Positions 18,417-25,840 of a DNA stretch of 32,000 nucleotides are shown piece by piece. Position 1 is the stretch's first letter. The number at the start of each line of letters is the position of its first letter. The DNA is from an uncultured Flavobacteriaceae bacterium (GTDB lineage: Bacteria; Pseudomonadota; Alphaproteobacteria; Micropepsales; Micropepsaceae), in contig CAYMIJ010000001.1 in the NCBI GenBank assembly GCA_964390465.1, positions 378,765 through 410,764 of the forward strand. Direction: 5' to 3'. Below the pieces are notes generated by a model. The model was not told where the DNA came from and did no database searches. It saw only the letters and a list, made by a program, of their open reading frames with translations. A program made the position numbers and the translations under genes.

Positions 18417-18703
18417 GCCGCGCCCATGCCTGCGGCGGCGAAGGCGGCGGCAATGGCATTGGCCGCTTCGCCAAGATCGAGCTTCATATGCTCCACCTCG
18501 CGCGCTGCCTCCATGTCACCGCCGCCTTTCAGCAGCGCCCGCAGAATGGCGATCAGCTCATGCACGCTCAGGCGCTGCCCATCGCGCCCGCTTATGCCGC
18601 CGATCGCCGTTTCGATTTCGGCAAGTGCGCCGAGCGTCAGGCACAGGCACAGCGCCCGGCCCTCGCACATCAGCGTCACCTCACCTCGTGCTTTGTTGCT
18701 CAT
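18413..18703 (-). CDS. GTA g10 tail assembly chaperone
   Basis: 96 aa. NKARGEVTLMCEGRALCLCLTLGALAEIETAIG resembles g10 homologues. Position between g9 and g10.1. Confidence 0.75.
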   Translation of the reverse strand: MSNKARGEVTLMCEGRALCLCLTLGALAEIETAIGGISGRDGQRLSVHELIAILRALLKGGGDMEAAREVEHMKLDLGEAANAIAAAFAAAGMGAA

Positions 18704-19113
18704 GACGCCGCCGTGAAGGTCAGCCGCCCCGCCGAATTGAGCGTGATGGAAAACGTCGCTGCGCCGTCATGCGGCCCGGCATATTCCAGCGCGGCGATGT
18801 GAAACGCGCCTTCCATCGTGCCGAAGTCGGGCACGATCACCTGAAAGCGCGGTGTTTCACCGTTGAAGAATGCGGCACGGATGGCCGCATCGCTCGCTGC
18901 ATCCTTGAAGATGCCGCTGCCGGTGATCGCGGCGGTTTTCACCCCCGCGCCCGCCAGAATCTCGCGCCATGCGCCGTCGCTATCGGCATTGGTAGCATCC
19001 GCCCCCTGCGCCGCCAGCTGAAGCGACCGTGCCCTCAGCCCTGCAACGGTTGTATAAGTGTTTGGCGCGCTCTCGATTTTCAAAAGCAGCGCGCGCCCCT
19101 GCTGTGTGCTCAT
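18700..19113 (-). CDS. GTA g9 major tail tube protein (TP901-1-like)
   Basis: 137 aa. QGRALLLKIESAPNTYTTVAGLRARSLQL...ITGSGIFKD is typical of this family. Confidence 0.88.
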   Translation of the reverse strand: MSTQQGRALLLKIESAPNTYTTVAGLRARSLQLAAQGADATNADSDGAWREILAGAGVKTAAITGSGIFKDAASDAAIRAAFFNGETPRFQVIVPDFGTMEGAFHIAALEYAGPHDGAATFSITLNSAGRLTFTAAS

Positions 19114-19128
19114 CGTACCATGTCCTTT

Positions 19129-19530
19129 CTATGGAATATCAATCAACGCGCGGAAGCGGCCGCGCGCGCGCCAGGACTGGCGGTCTTTGTCCAGCACTGC
19201 CTCGGCCTCGTCGAAGAAGACCCCGACCACATGCCCGCCCGGCACAGCATAGGCCCCGCCTTCCAGCGCCAGTGCCGCCGCCCCCAGCACATCCAGCGCC
19301 AGCATGCGTCCGCCTTTGCGCGCTGAGGCGACAAGGGCGAACACGATCTCCTCACCGCGCTCACTCACCGTATTCCACGCCTTCACGCGCCACGCCCCGA
19401 TGGCGATATGCGCAAACACCGTCTGTGCCTCAGCCTCATGAGTCACGCGCCCTGAAACAAGCGCCGCAACACCCGCATCATTCTTCAGTATGCGGATGAC
19501 TTCAGCCTCAAATCCGGCAGAGACGCTCAC
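19129..19530 (-). CDS. GTA g8 tail terminator (DUF3168-like)
   Basis: ORF 19129..19620, trimmed to the in-frame GTG at 19530, which overlaps the g6 stop (GTGA). About 133 aa, with the pattern ...ILKNDAGVAALVSGRV... and a C-terminal RARGRFRAL. Confidence 0.78.
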   Translation of the reverse strand: MSVSAGFEAEVIRILKNDAGVAALVSGRVTHEAEAQTVFAHIAIGAWRVKAWNTVSERGEEIVFALVASARKGGRMLALDVLGAAALALEGGAYAVPGGHVVGVFFDEAEAVLDKDRQSWRARGRFRALIDIP

Positions 19531-20102
19531 AACCGCACCGCGCGATAGGGGGCGATCAGCCCCGCCACCTCTTCCGGCAAGGCAGCGACCGGCGCCCCCA
19601 CCGAGTCCCGCCGCTCCCACATCGCGGCGGCGAGCAGCAGCATGGCGGCCTTCAACGGATCAGGCACGGCATCGGCACTTGGATAACCCGCCACCCAGAC
19701 GATCTCGATCGGACGCCACATCCGCGCTCCGTTCAGATCGCCGGGCCGCAGCCACACATGCCCGCCATCCGCGTCGATGCGCACATCCTGCGTGCCGATC
19801 ACCCGGCTGGTGCCGTCGTGAAGTGCCACCCGCGCTTCAACGAATGAAAGGTAAGGTGCGGGCTTCAGCGCGAACACGCGAAAGCCCATCCGCACTTTGC
19901 CTTCATCCACATCGGCGCTCATGCGCCAGGTCTGCGGCATCAGCGCGCGCCCTGCTGCTTCTTCAACACGTGCACGGGCGGCGGAAAGAAAGGTGCCGAT
20001 CATCGTGTCATCTTCGGTGCCGCTCACGCGCAGAAACGCGCGCGCCTCGGCCAGCGCCACAGGCTCGCCGGCCGGTGGTGTCACACGTTTCTGCGCGGTC
20101 AT
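19527..20102 (-). CDS. GTA g6 head-tail adaptor (gp6-like / phiE125 gp8-like connector)
   Basis: 191 aa. VALAEARAFLRVSGTEDDTMIGTFLSAARARVEEAAGRALMPQTW is the gp6-like connector signature. Confidence 0.85.
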   Translation of the reverse strand: MTAQKRVTPPAGEPVALAEARAFLRVSGTEDDTMIGTFLSAARARVEEAAGRALMPQTWRMSADVDEGKVRMGFRVFALKPAPYLSFVEARVALHDGTSRVIGTQDVRIDADGGHVWLRPGDLNGARMWRPIEIVWVAGYPSADAVPDPLKAAMLLLAAAMWERRDSVGAPVAALPEEVAGLIAPYRAVRL

Positions 20103-20105
20103 GGT

Positions 20106-21344
20106 TCAGCTCGCAGCGAACTTCATCAGCTTGATGGCCTCAAAATTGGCCACGCCGCCGCCAACCCGCTTGGTCGTGTAGAACATCACATAGGGCTTGT
20201 TCGAATAAGGATCACGCAGCACGCGGATGCCCTGCCGGTCAGCGATCAGATAGCCACGCCGGAAATCACCAAAGCCAATCGAGAACGCATTGGCCGCGAT
20301 GTCAGGCATGTCCTCGGCTTCCACGACAGGATAACCAAGCAGCGTTGCGGGCTGACCGGCACTCACCGCGGGCTGCCACAGATACGACCCTTGCGTGTCT
20401 TTCAGTTTGCGCACGGCCGCTTCGGTCGCGCGGTTCATCACCCACGATGCATTCTGGCGATAGGTCTGGCGCGGCGCATAGGCCAGCGCGATCAGCGCAT
20501 CAGCCGGGTTGCTCGCGGCGAATGCCCCGGCCCCGCCTGAAAGCACAAAGCCGATATTGCCCCAGCTCCAGCTGGCATCGGCCACTTTGGGGTAATTCAG
20601 AAAGCCACGCGGTTTGTTCGTGCCATCGCCATTCACGAAGGCGGCGCTTTCCTGTGCGGCGAATGCGTACTGCACTTCGCCCGCCACCCATTCCTCGACA
20701 TCAACAAGCGCATCATCGAGCAGGCTTTGCGTTGCCGCCGGCATGGCATACAGCTCCATGGCGGGGAACTCGACCAGCGTCAGGTCCGGCACATCGGTCT
20801 CAGCACGCACGCCGGTTTCCGCTGTCCAGCCGCTGGCAAACCCGTTGCGCCCAATGGGCAGACGCAAGGACTGCCCGGCAATCTGGCGCACCGAAGCCAG
20901 CGAACGGATGGGCGAAATGCTGGCCAGCAGGCTGTCGATGCGCTTTTCGGTTTCCACCGGCACCAGATAGCCGCCTTCGGTCAGCGTGCCTTCCGAAAGC
21001 CTGTCTTCCTTCACCTCAAGGCGCGAGACATCACCCTTGCGCATATAGCTCTGGAAGCCATCGCCGCGTTCGGTTCGCGGCTTCAGCGCTTCACCGCCAT
21101 GCGGGCGACGCATGTCCAGCGCCATGCGATCAAGCGCCGCTTTCTGTTCGGTCAGCGCCGCGTTGATGCGCTCGACCTTATCGACGCTCACAGCATCGGC
21201 GTTCAGCTTCTGCTCGATCTCGGCCAGGCGTTCGTCATTCGCCTCGCGGAACGCAGCGAGCGTGCGCATCATCTCGTCCAGCACGCTCTCGCGGCCATAG
21301 GCCTTTGTCTCCGGGGCGGCCTGCCCCGAACCGTAATCATCCAT
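20106..21344 (-). CDS. GTA g5 HK97-fold major capsid protein
   Basis: 412 aa. Coiled-coil delta-like N-terminus followed by an HK97-type capsid body, directly after the prohead protease. Confidence 0.95.
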   Translation of the reverse strand: MDDYGSGQAAPETKAYGRESVLDEMMRTLAAFREANDERLAEIEQKLNADAVSVDKVERINAALTEQKAALDRMALDMRRPHGGEALKPRTERGDGFQSYMRKGDVSRLEVKEDRLSEGTLTEGGYLVPVETEKRIDSLLASISPIRSLASVRQIAGQSLRLPIGRNGFASGWTAETGVRAETDVPDLTLVEFPAMELYAMPAATQSLLDDALVDVEEWVAGEVQYAFAAQESAAFVNGDGTNKPRGFLNYPKVADASWSWGNIGFVLSGGAGAFAASNPADALIALAYAPRQTYRQNASWVMNRATEAAVRKLKDTQGSYLWQPAVSAGQPATLLGYPVVEAEDMPDIAANAFSIGFGDFRRGYLIADRQGIRVLRDPYSNKPYVMFYTTKRVGGGVANFEAIKLMKFAAS

Positions 21345-21360
21345 GCTTTTCTCCTTGAAA

Positions 21361-21864
21361 TCAGGCGACGCGCGTCACGCGTGCGCCGGTCAGCATGGGA
21401 AATGTCACCACCGACACTTCCCACAGATCCGCTTCCAGAATGGTGCGGCGTCCGTTCAACCTATCCATCCGTGCACGGATGGTCTTGAACCCGATGGACA
21501 GGCCATCGAGCGCCCCTTCACGCATCAGCGCCAGCACATCGCGCCCGCGTGATATGTCTGTCAGCACCCGCCCGCGCACGAACAGGCCCACAGGGTCTTC
21601 GTAAAGCTCGCTCCACACGCCAATCGGTTCTGCGGCGCTGTGCTGGTACAGCATCTTCACGCCCCGGGCCCCGCGCGCTTTCAGACTGCGCACGAAAGCC
21701 CCCTGCGCCACCACATCGCCGCCCGCATCGGCGCGACCAAACAGGCTGGCATACCCCTCGAAGCGGCCATCATCGCGTGTATCCACCAGCCCGCCCGGCG
21801 ATGAGGCACGCGCGCTGCCACGCCGCGTGAAGCGGATGACTTCAGCCTTACCCATGCGGCTCAC
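21361..21864 (-). CDS. GTA g4 HK97-family prohead protease
   Basis: 167 aa. FEGYASLFGRADAGGDVVAQGAF...MLYQHSAAEPIGVW is the prohead protease signature. The start may be 21855. Confidence 0.93.
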   Translation of the reverse strand: MSRMGKAEVIRFTRRGSARASSPGGLVDTRDDGRFEGYASLFGRADAGGDVVAQGAFVRSLKARGARGVKMLYQHSAAEPIGVWSELYEDPVGLFVRGRVLTDISRGRDVLALMREGALDGLSIGFKTIRARMDRLNGRRTILEADLWEVSVVTFPMLTGARVTRVA

Positions 21865-22096
21865 CTTTCATCGCGTCGATCTTGTGTTCGATACGTTCCA
21901 GCTGAGCACGCACCGCATTCACCTGTTCTTCCACACGCGCGATGCGCTCGCCCTCGCCGTCATGGGCGCCAAGCTCGCGCTCCACATGCGACAGGCGTTG
22001 TTCAGCGGCGCCCGCCCACAGCAACGCCGCAGCGGTCTGCAGCACCAGTGTCACCACCACGGCCATCGGCACGCGGCGTTCTGTCTGAATGGTCAT
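21848..22096 (-). CDS. GTA g3.5-like small TM / coiled-coil protein
   Basis: ORF 21848..22249, trimmed to the ATG at 22096 (MTIQTERRVPMAVVVTLVLQTAAALLW...), 4 nt after the portal stop. 82 aa with one TM helix plus a coiled coil. Assigned mainly from its position between portal and protease. Confidence 0.65.
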   Translation of the reverse strand: MTIQTERRVPMAVVVTLVLQTAAALLWAGAAEQRLSHVERELGAHDGEGERIARVEEQVNAVRAQLERIEHKIDAMKGEPHG

Positions 22097-22100
22097 GTGA

Positions 22101-23270
22101 TTATTCTTCGTTTGTTGCGCCGTAGCCCACCGCCGCACGCTTCTCGTCGCGGTTGATGAAACGCGCCGCCTCAAGCTGCGCCCATAACTGCGCGCGTTCA
22201 GCCCGCAAGGCAGGGATGGCATCTTCATCGGGTACCAGCGCGACATCACCCATCAGGGGCGAAAGCCAGTGCGACAGCGCCTCGCCCAACCGCGACGCCA
22301 GCGGCAGCACGCTCTGGCGCCAGAAGGCCAGGTTGGCAGACTCGTAATTGGCATAGGTCGCATCGCCCGGAATACCGAGCAGCATGGGCGGCACGCCAAA
22401 CACCATCGCGATATCGCGCGCACTCGCATTGCGGCCGCTTTCGAAATCCATTTCCTGCGGCGTCAGGCTCATCGGCTTCCAGTCGAGCCCGCCTTCCAGC
22501 AGCAAGGGCCGCCCGGCATGGCGTGTGCCGCTGCGGCCTTCTTCCAGTTCCGCCTTCAGGCGCGTGAACTGTTCATCGCTCAGGCTTTCGTGTCCCTGCG
22601 GCCCTTTGTAAATCAGCGCGCCTGAAGGCCGCGCGGCATTATCGAGCAGCGCCTTGTTCCACGCCGACATCGCATTATGCGTGTCGATCGCCTGCGCCAC
22701 CGCTTCAACGGGCGACAGACCATAATGGTCATCGACCGGATGCACACGGCGCACATGACACACCGGCATGAAGCCATCGGCTTCGCGCGTCAGGCGCAGC
22801 TCGCGCCCACCCGCCGTATAGACATAAGCCTGCGGCCAGCCATCGCGGCCCGGCACCACGCGCATGCGGTCAGATCGCAGCGCATACAGCTCGCGCACCG
22901 CGCTATCCAACCGCACCGCCTCGATATACGCATTGCCCGAAAGCAGCAGCGCGACATAAAGCTGCTCCATCAAAGCGCGCCCGGTCTGCACATCATTGGG
23001 GCGCGTCACCAATGCACGCAGCGGATGATCCTCCACCTCGTGCGCGCCCTGCATGGCCGTGAACTGCACGCTTGCGGCGGCTTCTGCCGTCATGGCAATG
23101 GCACGATGCGCGACCGGGTTTTTCATGAAGGCCTCGCGCGCCAGGCTCGCATAATCGCGCGGCGTCCAGCGTGGCTGACCGCCACCCGTCAGCGCGATCA
23201 GCGGCCCGGTGCGGCTGGCCTTGGCTTCCGGCGCGCGCGTCCGCGCCCTTCGCGAGAAGAGAGAGATCAT
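22101..23270 (-). CDS. GTA g3 portal protein (HK97 family)
   Basis: ORF 22101..23393, trimmed to the ATG at 23270 (MISLFSRRARTRAPEAKASRTGPLIAL...), which matches the usual N-terminus of GTA portals. 389 aa. Confidence 0.93.
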   Translation of the reverse strand: MISLFSRRARTRAPEAKASRTGPLIALTGGGQPRWTPRDYASLAREAFMKNPVAHRAIAMTAEAAASVQFTAMQGAHEVEDHPLRALVTRPNDVQTGRALMEQLYVALLLSGNAYIEAVRLDSAVRELYALRSDRMRVVPGRDGWPQAYVYTAGGRELRLTREADGFMPVCHVRRVHPVDDHYGLSPVEAVAQAIDTHNAMSAWNKALLDNAARPSGALIYKGPQGHESLSDEQFTRLKAELEEGRSGTRHAGRPLLLEGGLDWKPMSLTPQEMDFESGRNASARDIAMVFGVPPMLLGIPGDATYANYESANLAFWRQSVLPLASRLGEALSHWLSPLMGDVALVPDEDAIPALRAERAQLWAQLEAARFINRDEKRAAVGYGATNEE

Positions 23271-23296
23271 CTGGATTCCAGTGCTTGCTTGGATGT

Positions 23297-23328
23297 CAAA
23301 AAACTTTTCTCCCCGTTTGCGGGGGAGA
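23297..23328 (-). terminator. terminator/attenuator-like hairpin in the leader upstream of portal
   Basis: Minus-strand RNA forms UCUCCCC-CGCAAAC-GGGGAGA (7-bp stem, 23308-23328), followed by AAAG and UUUUUU (23298-23303). The 4-nt spacer before the U-run makes it non-canonical. Confidence 0.35.
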
Positions 23329-23397
23329 GGCACCACGAAGTGGTGAAGGGGCTCATTGCGTAACGATGTGACGGCGGCAGAAGCCCGCCTCACCCAG

Positions 23398-23458
23398 TAC
23401 CGGATATAATTCCTATATACGGCTCGACCGTTCGCATGTCAAGCCATAAAGGATTATT
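23398..23458 (-). promoter_or_regulatory. promoter-like repeat copy A (between TerL stop and portal)
   Basis: Minus strand reads AATAATCCTTT-ATGG-C-TTGACA(23442-23437)-N17-TATATA(23419-23414)-GGAATTATATCCGGTA. It is 51/61 identical to copy B. Confidence 0.55.
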
Positions 23459-23459
23459 T

Positions 23460-24755
23460 TCACAACTCTCGCACTTTTGGCTCACGGCCCTGCCCCATCA
23501 GATCACGCACCGCCCATACCAGCGCATCGACGCGGTCGGGGCTGGCTGAATAATCACGGCTGCCAAACAGGCACATTTCGTCTTCCAGTGCGGCGAAAGT
23601 GCCGACGTGATGCGCCTGGCCCTTTTCATACGCGACCGAAACCATCTCGGCGCGCGTCTGCTTGTCGGAACGTGCATGCACCCGCACCACGCGCCGTTCA
23701 CCGCATACCTGACGCAGCAATCCGCTGATCAGTTCACCACCCTGATTGGTCTCGGCGATGATCGCACCGGCCTCGTGCGTTTCGGCAGCGCGGCGCACGG
23801 CTTCGGCCCACCCTGCCGGGGTCAGGCCCTGAACGCTGGCATCATGCAGAACATAGATCTCGCCCTTCGCGCAGTGCCCCGCCACGATGATGCCGCAACG
23901 GTCGGCCCGCGCGCCCGATGTGACCGGCGGATCAACCGCCACCACCACGCGCTTCAACGCCGGGGCCGCAGTCACGCGGCCTGCGTCGATCCAGCCGCGC
24001 TGCCACATCGCATCGTCCGGATCGCTCAGCATGTCGGCCATCAATTCCTGACGGCCAAGGCGCGTGCCGCCATACATGGCCTGCATCTGCTCAAGATAAG
24101 ACGGCGCAAGGTATTGCGCATTGTCGAACGTGGTCGCGCGGGTTGTCACGGTTGATGGCAGCGCCAGCAGACGCTTCAGCGCCGACACGGGCCTTGGCGT
24201 GGTCGTCACCAGCATACGCGGATGCGTGCCAAGGCGCAGTGTCATCTGTGCCATATCAAGTGCCATGTCGGCGCGCCGCCATTTGGCGAACTCGTCGGCC
24301 CAGATGAGGTCGAATTGCGGGCCGCGCAGCTGTTCGGGATCATCTGCGGAAATCACATCGCCCGTCGTCCCGCTATCCCAGAATAATTTGCGGCGCGACT
24401 TCACAAAATCGGGCCGCATATTGGGCAGCAGAGGCGACATCAGGCCAGACTGGCCCTCGATCATCACATTCGCCGCATCGTGCATGGTTTCACCAATCAA
24501 CCCGATGCGCTGCACCAGCCCCCGGCTGGCGAGCTGGTTCACCCATTCTGCACCCGCGCGGGTCTTGCCGGCACCGCGCCCTGCCAGCAGCACCCATTGC
24601 CGCCATTGGCCTTTGGGTTCGTCCTGATGGGGATGGGCATGCAGCCACCATATGCTTTGTAGGGCCTCATATTTTTCCGGCGTCAGGGAGTTGCGATACG
24701 CTTGGCGCTGCGCCCTCGTCATCTTCGCCAGCACCGCCATCTTCAAAAATCGCAT
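23460..24755 (-). CDS. GTA g2 large terminase (TerL)
   Basis: 431 aa. Walker A-like LLAGRGAGKTRAGAEWV, Walker B-like LIWADEFAKW, and a C-terminal nuclease-like domain. Alternative starts at 24740 and 24722. Confidence 0.95.
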   Translation of the reverse strand: MRFLKMAVLAKMTRAQRQAYRNSLTPEKYEALQSIWWLHAHPHQDEPKGQWRQWVLLAGRGAGKTRAGAEWVNQLASRGLVQRIGLIGETMHDAANVMIEGQSGLMSPLLPNMRPDFVKSRRKLFWDSGTTGDVISADDPEQLRGPQFDLIWADEFAKWRRADMALDMAQMTLRLGTHPRMLVTTTPRPVSALKRLLALPSTVTTRATTFDNAQYLAPSYLEQMQAMYGGTRLGRQELMADMLSDPDDAMWQRGWIDAGRVTAAPALKRVVVAVDPPVTSGARADRCGIIVAGHCAKGEIYVLHDASVQGLTPAGWAEAVRRAAETHEAGAIIAETNQGGELISGLLRQVCGERRVVRVHARSDKQTRAEMVSVAYEKGQAHHVGTFAALEDEMCLFGSRDYSASPDRVDALVWAVRDLMGQGREPKVREL

Positions 24756-25239
24756 AGATCCTGTTCACAATCGCCATATTGGTGCCGGTGGCATGCCGCG
24801 CTTTGATGCCTGGCACTTTGGTCATGGACGCAATGGAACGGCCCAATTGCGTCAGCTTGCGCAGCATTTTCAGATGCTCGGCCTGGACCGCCTGTTCCTG
24901 CTTCAGCGTTTTGGCTTGCGACTGTGCGCGGGCATCCAGCCGTTCCTGACGGCGCACGGCTTTGTCGATGGATTTCTGCAAGGCCTGACTGATCTCTGCG
25001 ATGCAGCCACTGACGTCGCCGGGGTCGCTGACCGACTGGCACATACGGTGCCAGCGCCCGGCCGCCCGTCGGCTGAAAAAGGCGGGCTTGGTCACCCCAT
25101 GCCGCTGCACAAGGCTGACCACAGGTTCATCGGTTGTCATGTAGTCGCGCTTGATCGCCTCCCAGTCCGGGGCGGGATTCAGCGCAGGGTCGGGCGCACG
25201 GCGCGATGTGCGCCGTGGCGGGGATGCTGTGTCATTCAT
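24667..25239 (-). CDS. g1-position small-terminase-like protein (HTH N-terminus plus coiled coil)
   Basis: 190 aa directly upstream of TerL. DWEAIKRDYMTTDEPVVSLVQRHGVTKPAFFSRRAAGRW resembles the HTH of small terminases. It has a central coiled coil and an acidic C-terminus, and its 3' end overlaps g2 by 56-89 nt depending on the g2 start. Confidence 0.55.
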   Translation of the reverse strand: MNDTASPPRRTSRRAPDPALNPAPDWEAIKRDYMTTDEPVVSLVQRHGVTKPAFFSRRAAGRWHRMCQSVSDPGDVSGCIAEISQALQKSIDKAVRRQERLDARAQSQAKTLKQEQAVQAEHLKMLRKLTQLGRSIASMTKVPGIKARHATGTNMAIVNRIYAIFEDGGAGEDDEGAAPSVSQLPDAGKI

Positions 25240-25331
25240 GAAAAGCCCACTGGAAAAATGGCGCGTCCGCTCACATCTGACACGCCGTTAAACGAAAACG
25301 GCCGGGCACTGCCCAGCCGCTGAAGACCTGA

Positions 25332-25392
25332 TACCGGATATAATTCCTATATACGCATCCCCCGCGCGCCTGTCAAGGCGAAAAGGATTATT
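25332..25392 (-). promoter_or_regulatory. promoter-like repeat copy B (upstream of g1)
   Basis: Minus strand reads AATAATCCTTT-TCGC-C-TTGACA(25376-25371)-N17-TATATA(25353-25348)-GGAATTATATCCGGTA. Only this copy extends into the inverted repeat AAAGGAT-TATT-ATCCTTT (25382-25399). Confidence 0.6.
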
Positions 25393-25462
25393 ATCCTTTC
25401 AGGGGTGGTGCGGCGGTGGGTGCGTCCAGGACGGGGAACCTGAACGCACCCTGCCGGTACTG

Positions 25463-25486
25463 CGGGCAGAAGGGGCGGTCTGCCCG
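25463..25486 (-). terminator. hairpin downstream of gene 25497..25781
   Basis: 8-bp stem CGGGCAGA / TCTGCCCG with an 8-nt loop, 11 nt after the stop codon. No U-tract. Confidence 0.35.
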
Positions 25487-25496
25487 CTTGGGGAAC

Positions 25497-25781
25497 TCAG
25501 CGAACGGATTGCTTTTCTTCGGCGATGGCAGAGGCGAGTGCATCAAGGCCCTGCACGGCCAGATCCTGCGCGCCATCCACCGCATTCATACCTGCGACAC
25601 ACAGGTCAGGATTGGACAGGCACACATCGGCCACCTTTTGATAGGTTTCATCAGCCGCGACCGACGAAGCCGTCGAAGCCGCTGATGACGCCGTGCGGGT
25701 TACGGCATCTGCCGCCGGATTGCCGGGCAGGAAAAACGCCACGACCGAAATCCAGAAGGCAGCACGAAACAGGTTCAGCAT
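25497..25781 (-). CDS. small secreted protein, Ala/Ser-rich, unknown function
   Basis: 94 aa. Signal-like N-terminus MLNLFRAAFWISVVAFFLPG, two Cys (CLSNPDLC), and a GGAG about 11 nt upstream of the ATG. Confidence 0.5.
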   Translation of the reverse strand: MLNLFRAAFWISVVAFFLPGNPAADAVTRTASSAASTASSVAADETYQKVADVCLSNPDLCVAGMNAVDGAQDLAVQGLDALASAIAEEKQSVR

Positions 25782-25840
25782 TGAGGCGGGGTCTCCGTTC
25801 TATGCTGACCAATATGCCCGACATCTCCTGAATTGCTGTG

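Larger units (their letters stand above)
10060..25392 (-). mobile_element. RcGTA-type gene transfer agent head-tail cluster (domesticated prophage-like), with fibre-like and lysis-like genes attached
   Basis: Co-directional, tightly packed genes, many with 4-nt ATGA/GTGA overlaps, in canonical g1-g15 order. Includes the GTA-typical g3.5, g10.1, DUF2460 (g12), DUF2163 (g13), NlpC/P60 (g14) and the 1271-aa g15. No integrase, repressor, replication or excision genes, and metabolic genes on both flanks. Confidence 0.88.

Noticed and set aside
23271-23393. A 41-codon N-terminal extension of the portal ORF from a GTG at 23393.
   Set aside because: The extension (MRRASAAVTSLRNEPLHHFVVPLPRKRGEKFF...) does not resemble portal N-termini, and it covers the hairpin-rich leader. 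The ATG at 23270 gives the N-terminus typical of GTA portals.
10060-25392. Interpreting the cluster as an intact or cryptic temperate prophage.
   Set aside because: No integrase, repressor, replication, excisionase or tRNA/att-like boundary is visible in the window. Gene content and order match GTA clusters specifically. This still needs a check beyond the window.
23398-25392. The 61-bp direct repeats as att sites, IS/MITE ends or recombination scars flanking the g1-g2 module.
   Set aside because: No recombinase or transposase is present, and the repeats are direct rather than terminal inverted. Their conserved positions coincide exactly with -35/-10 geometry oriented toward downstream genes. 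Recombination between them would delete both terminase genes, so that remains only a theoretical possibility.
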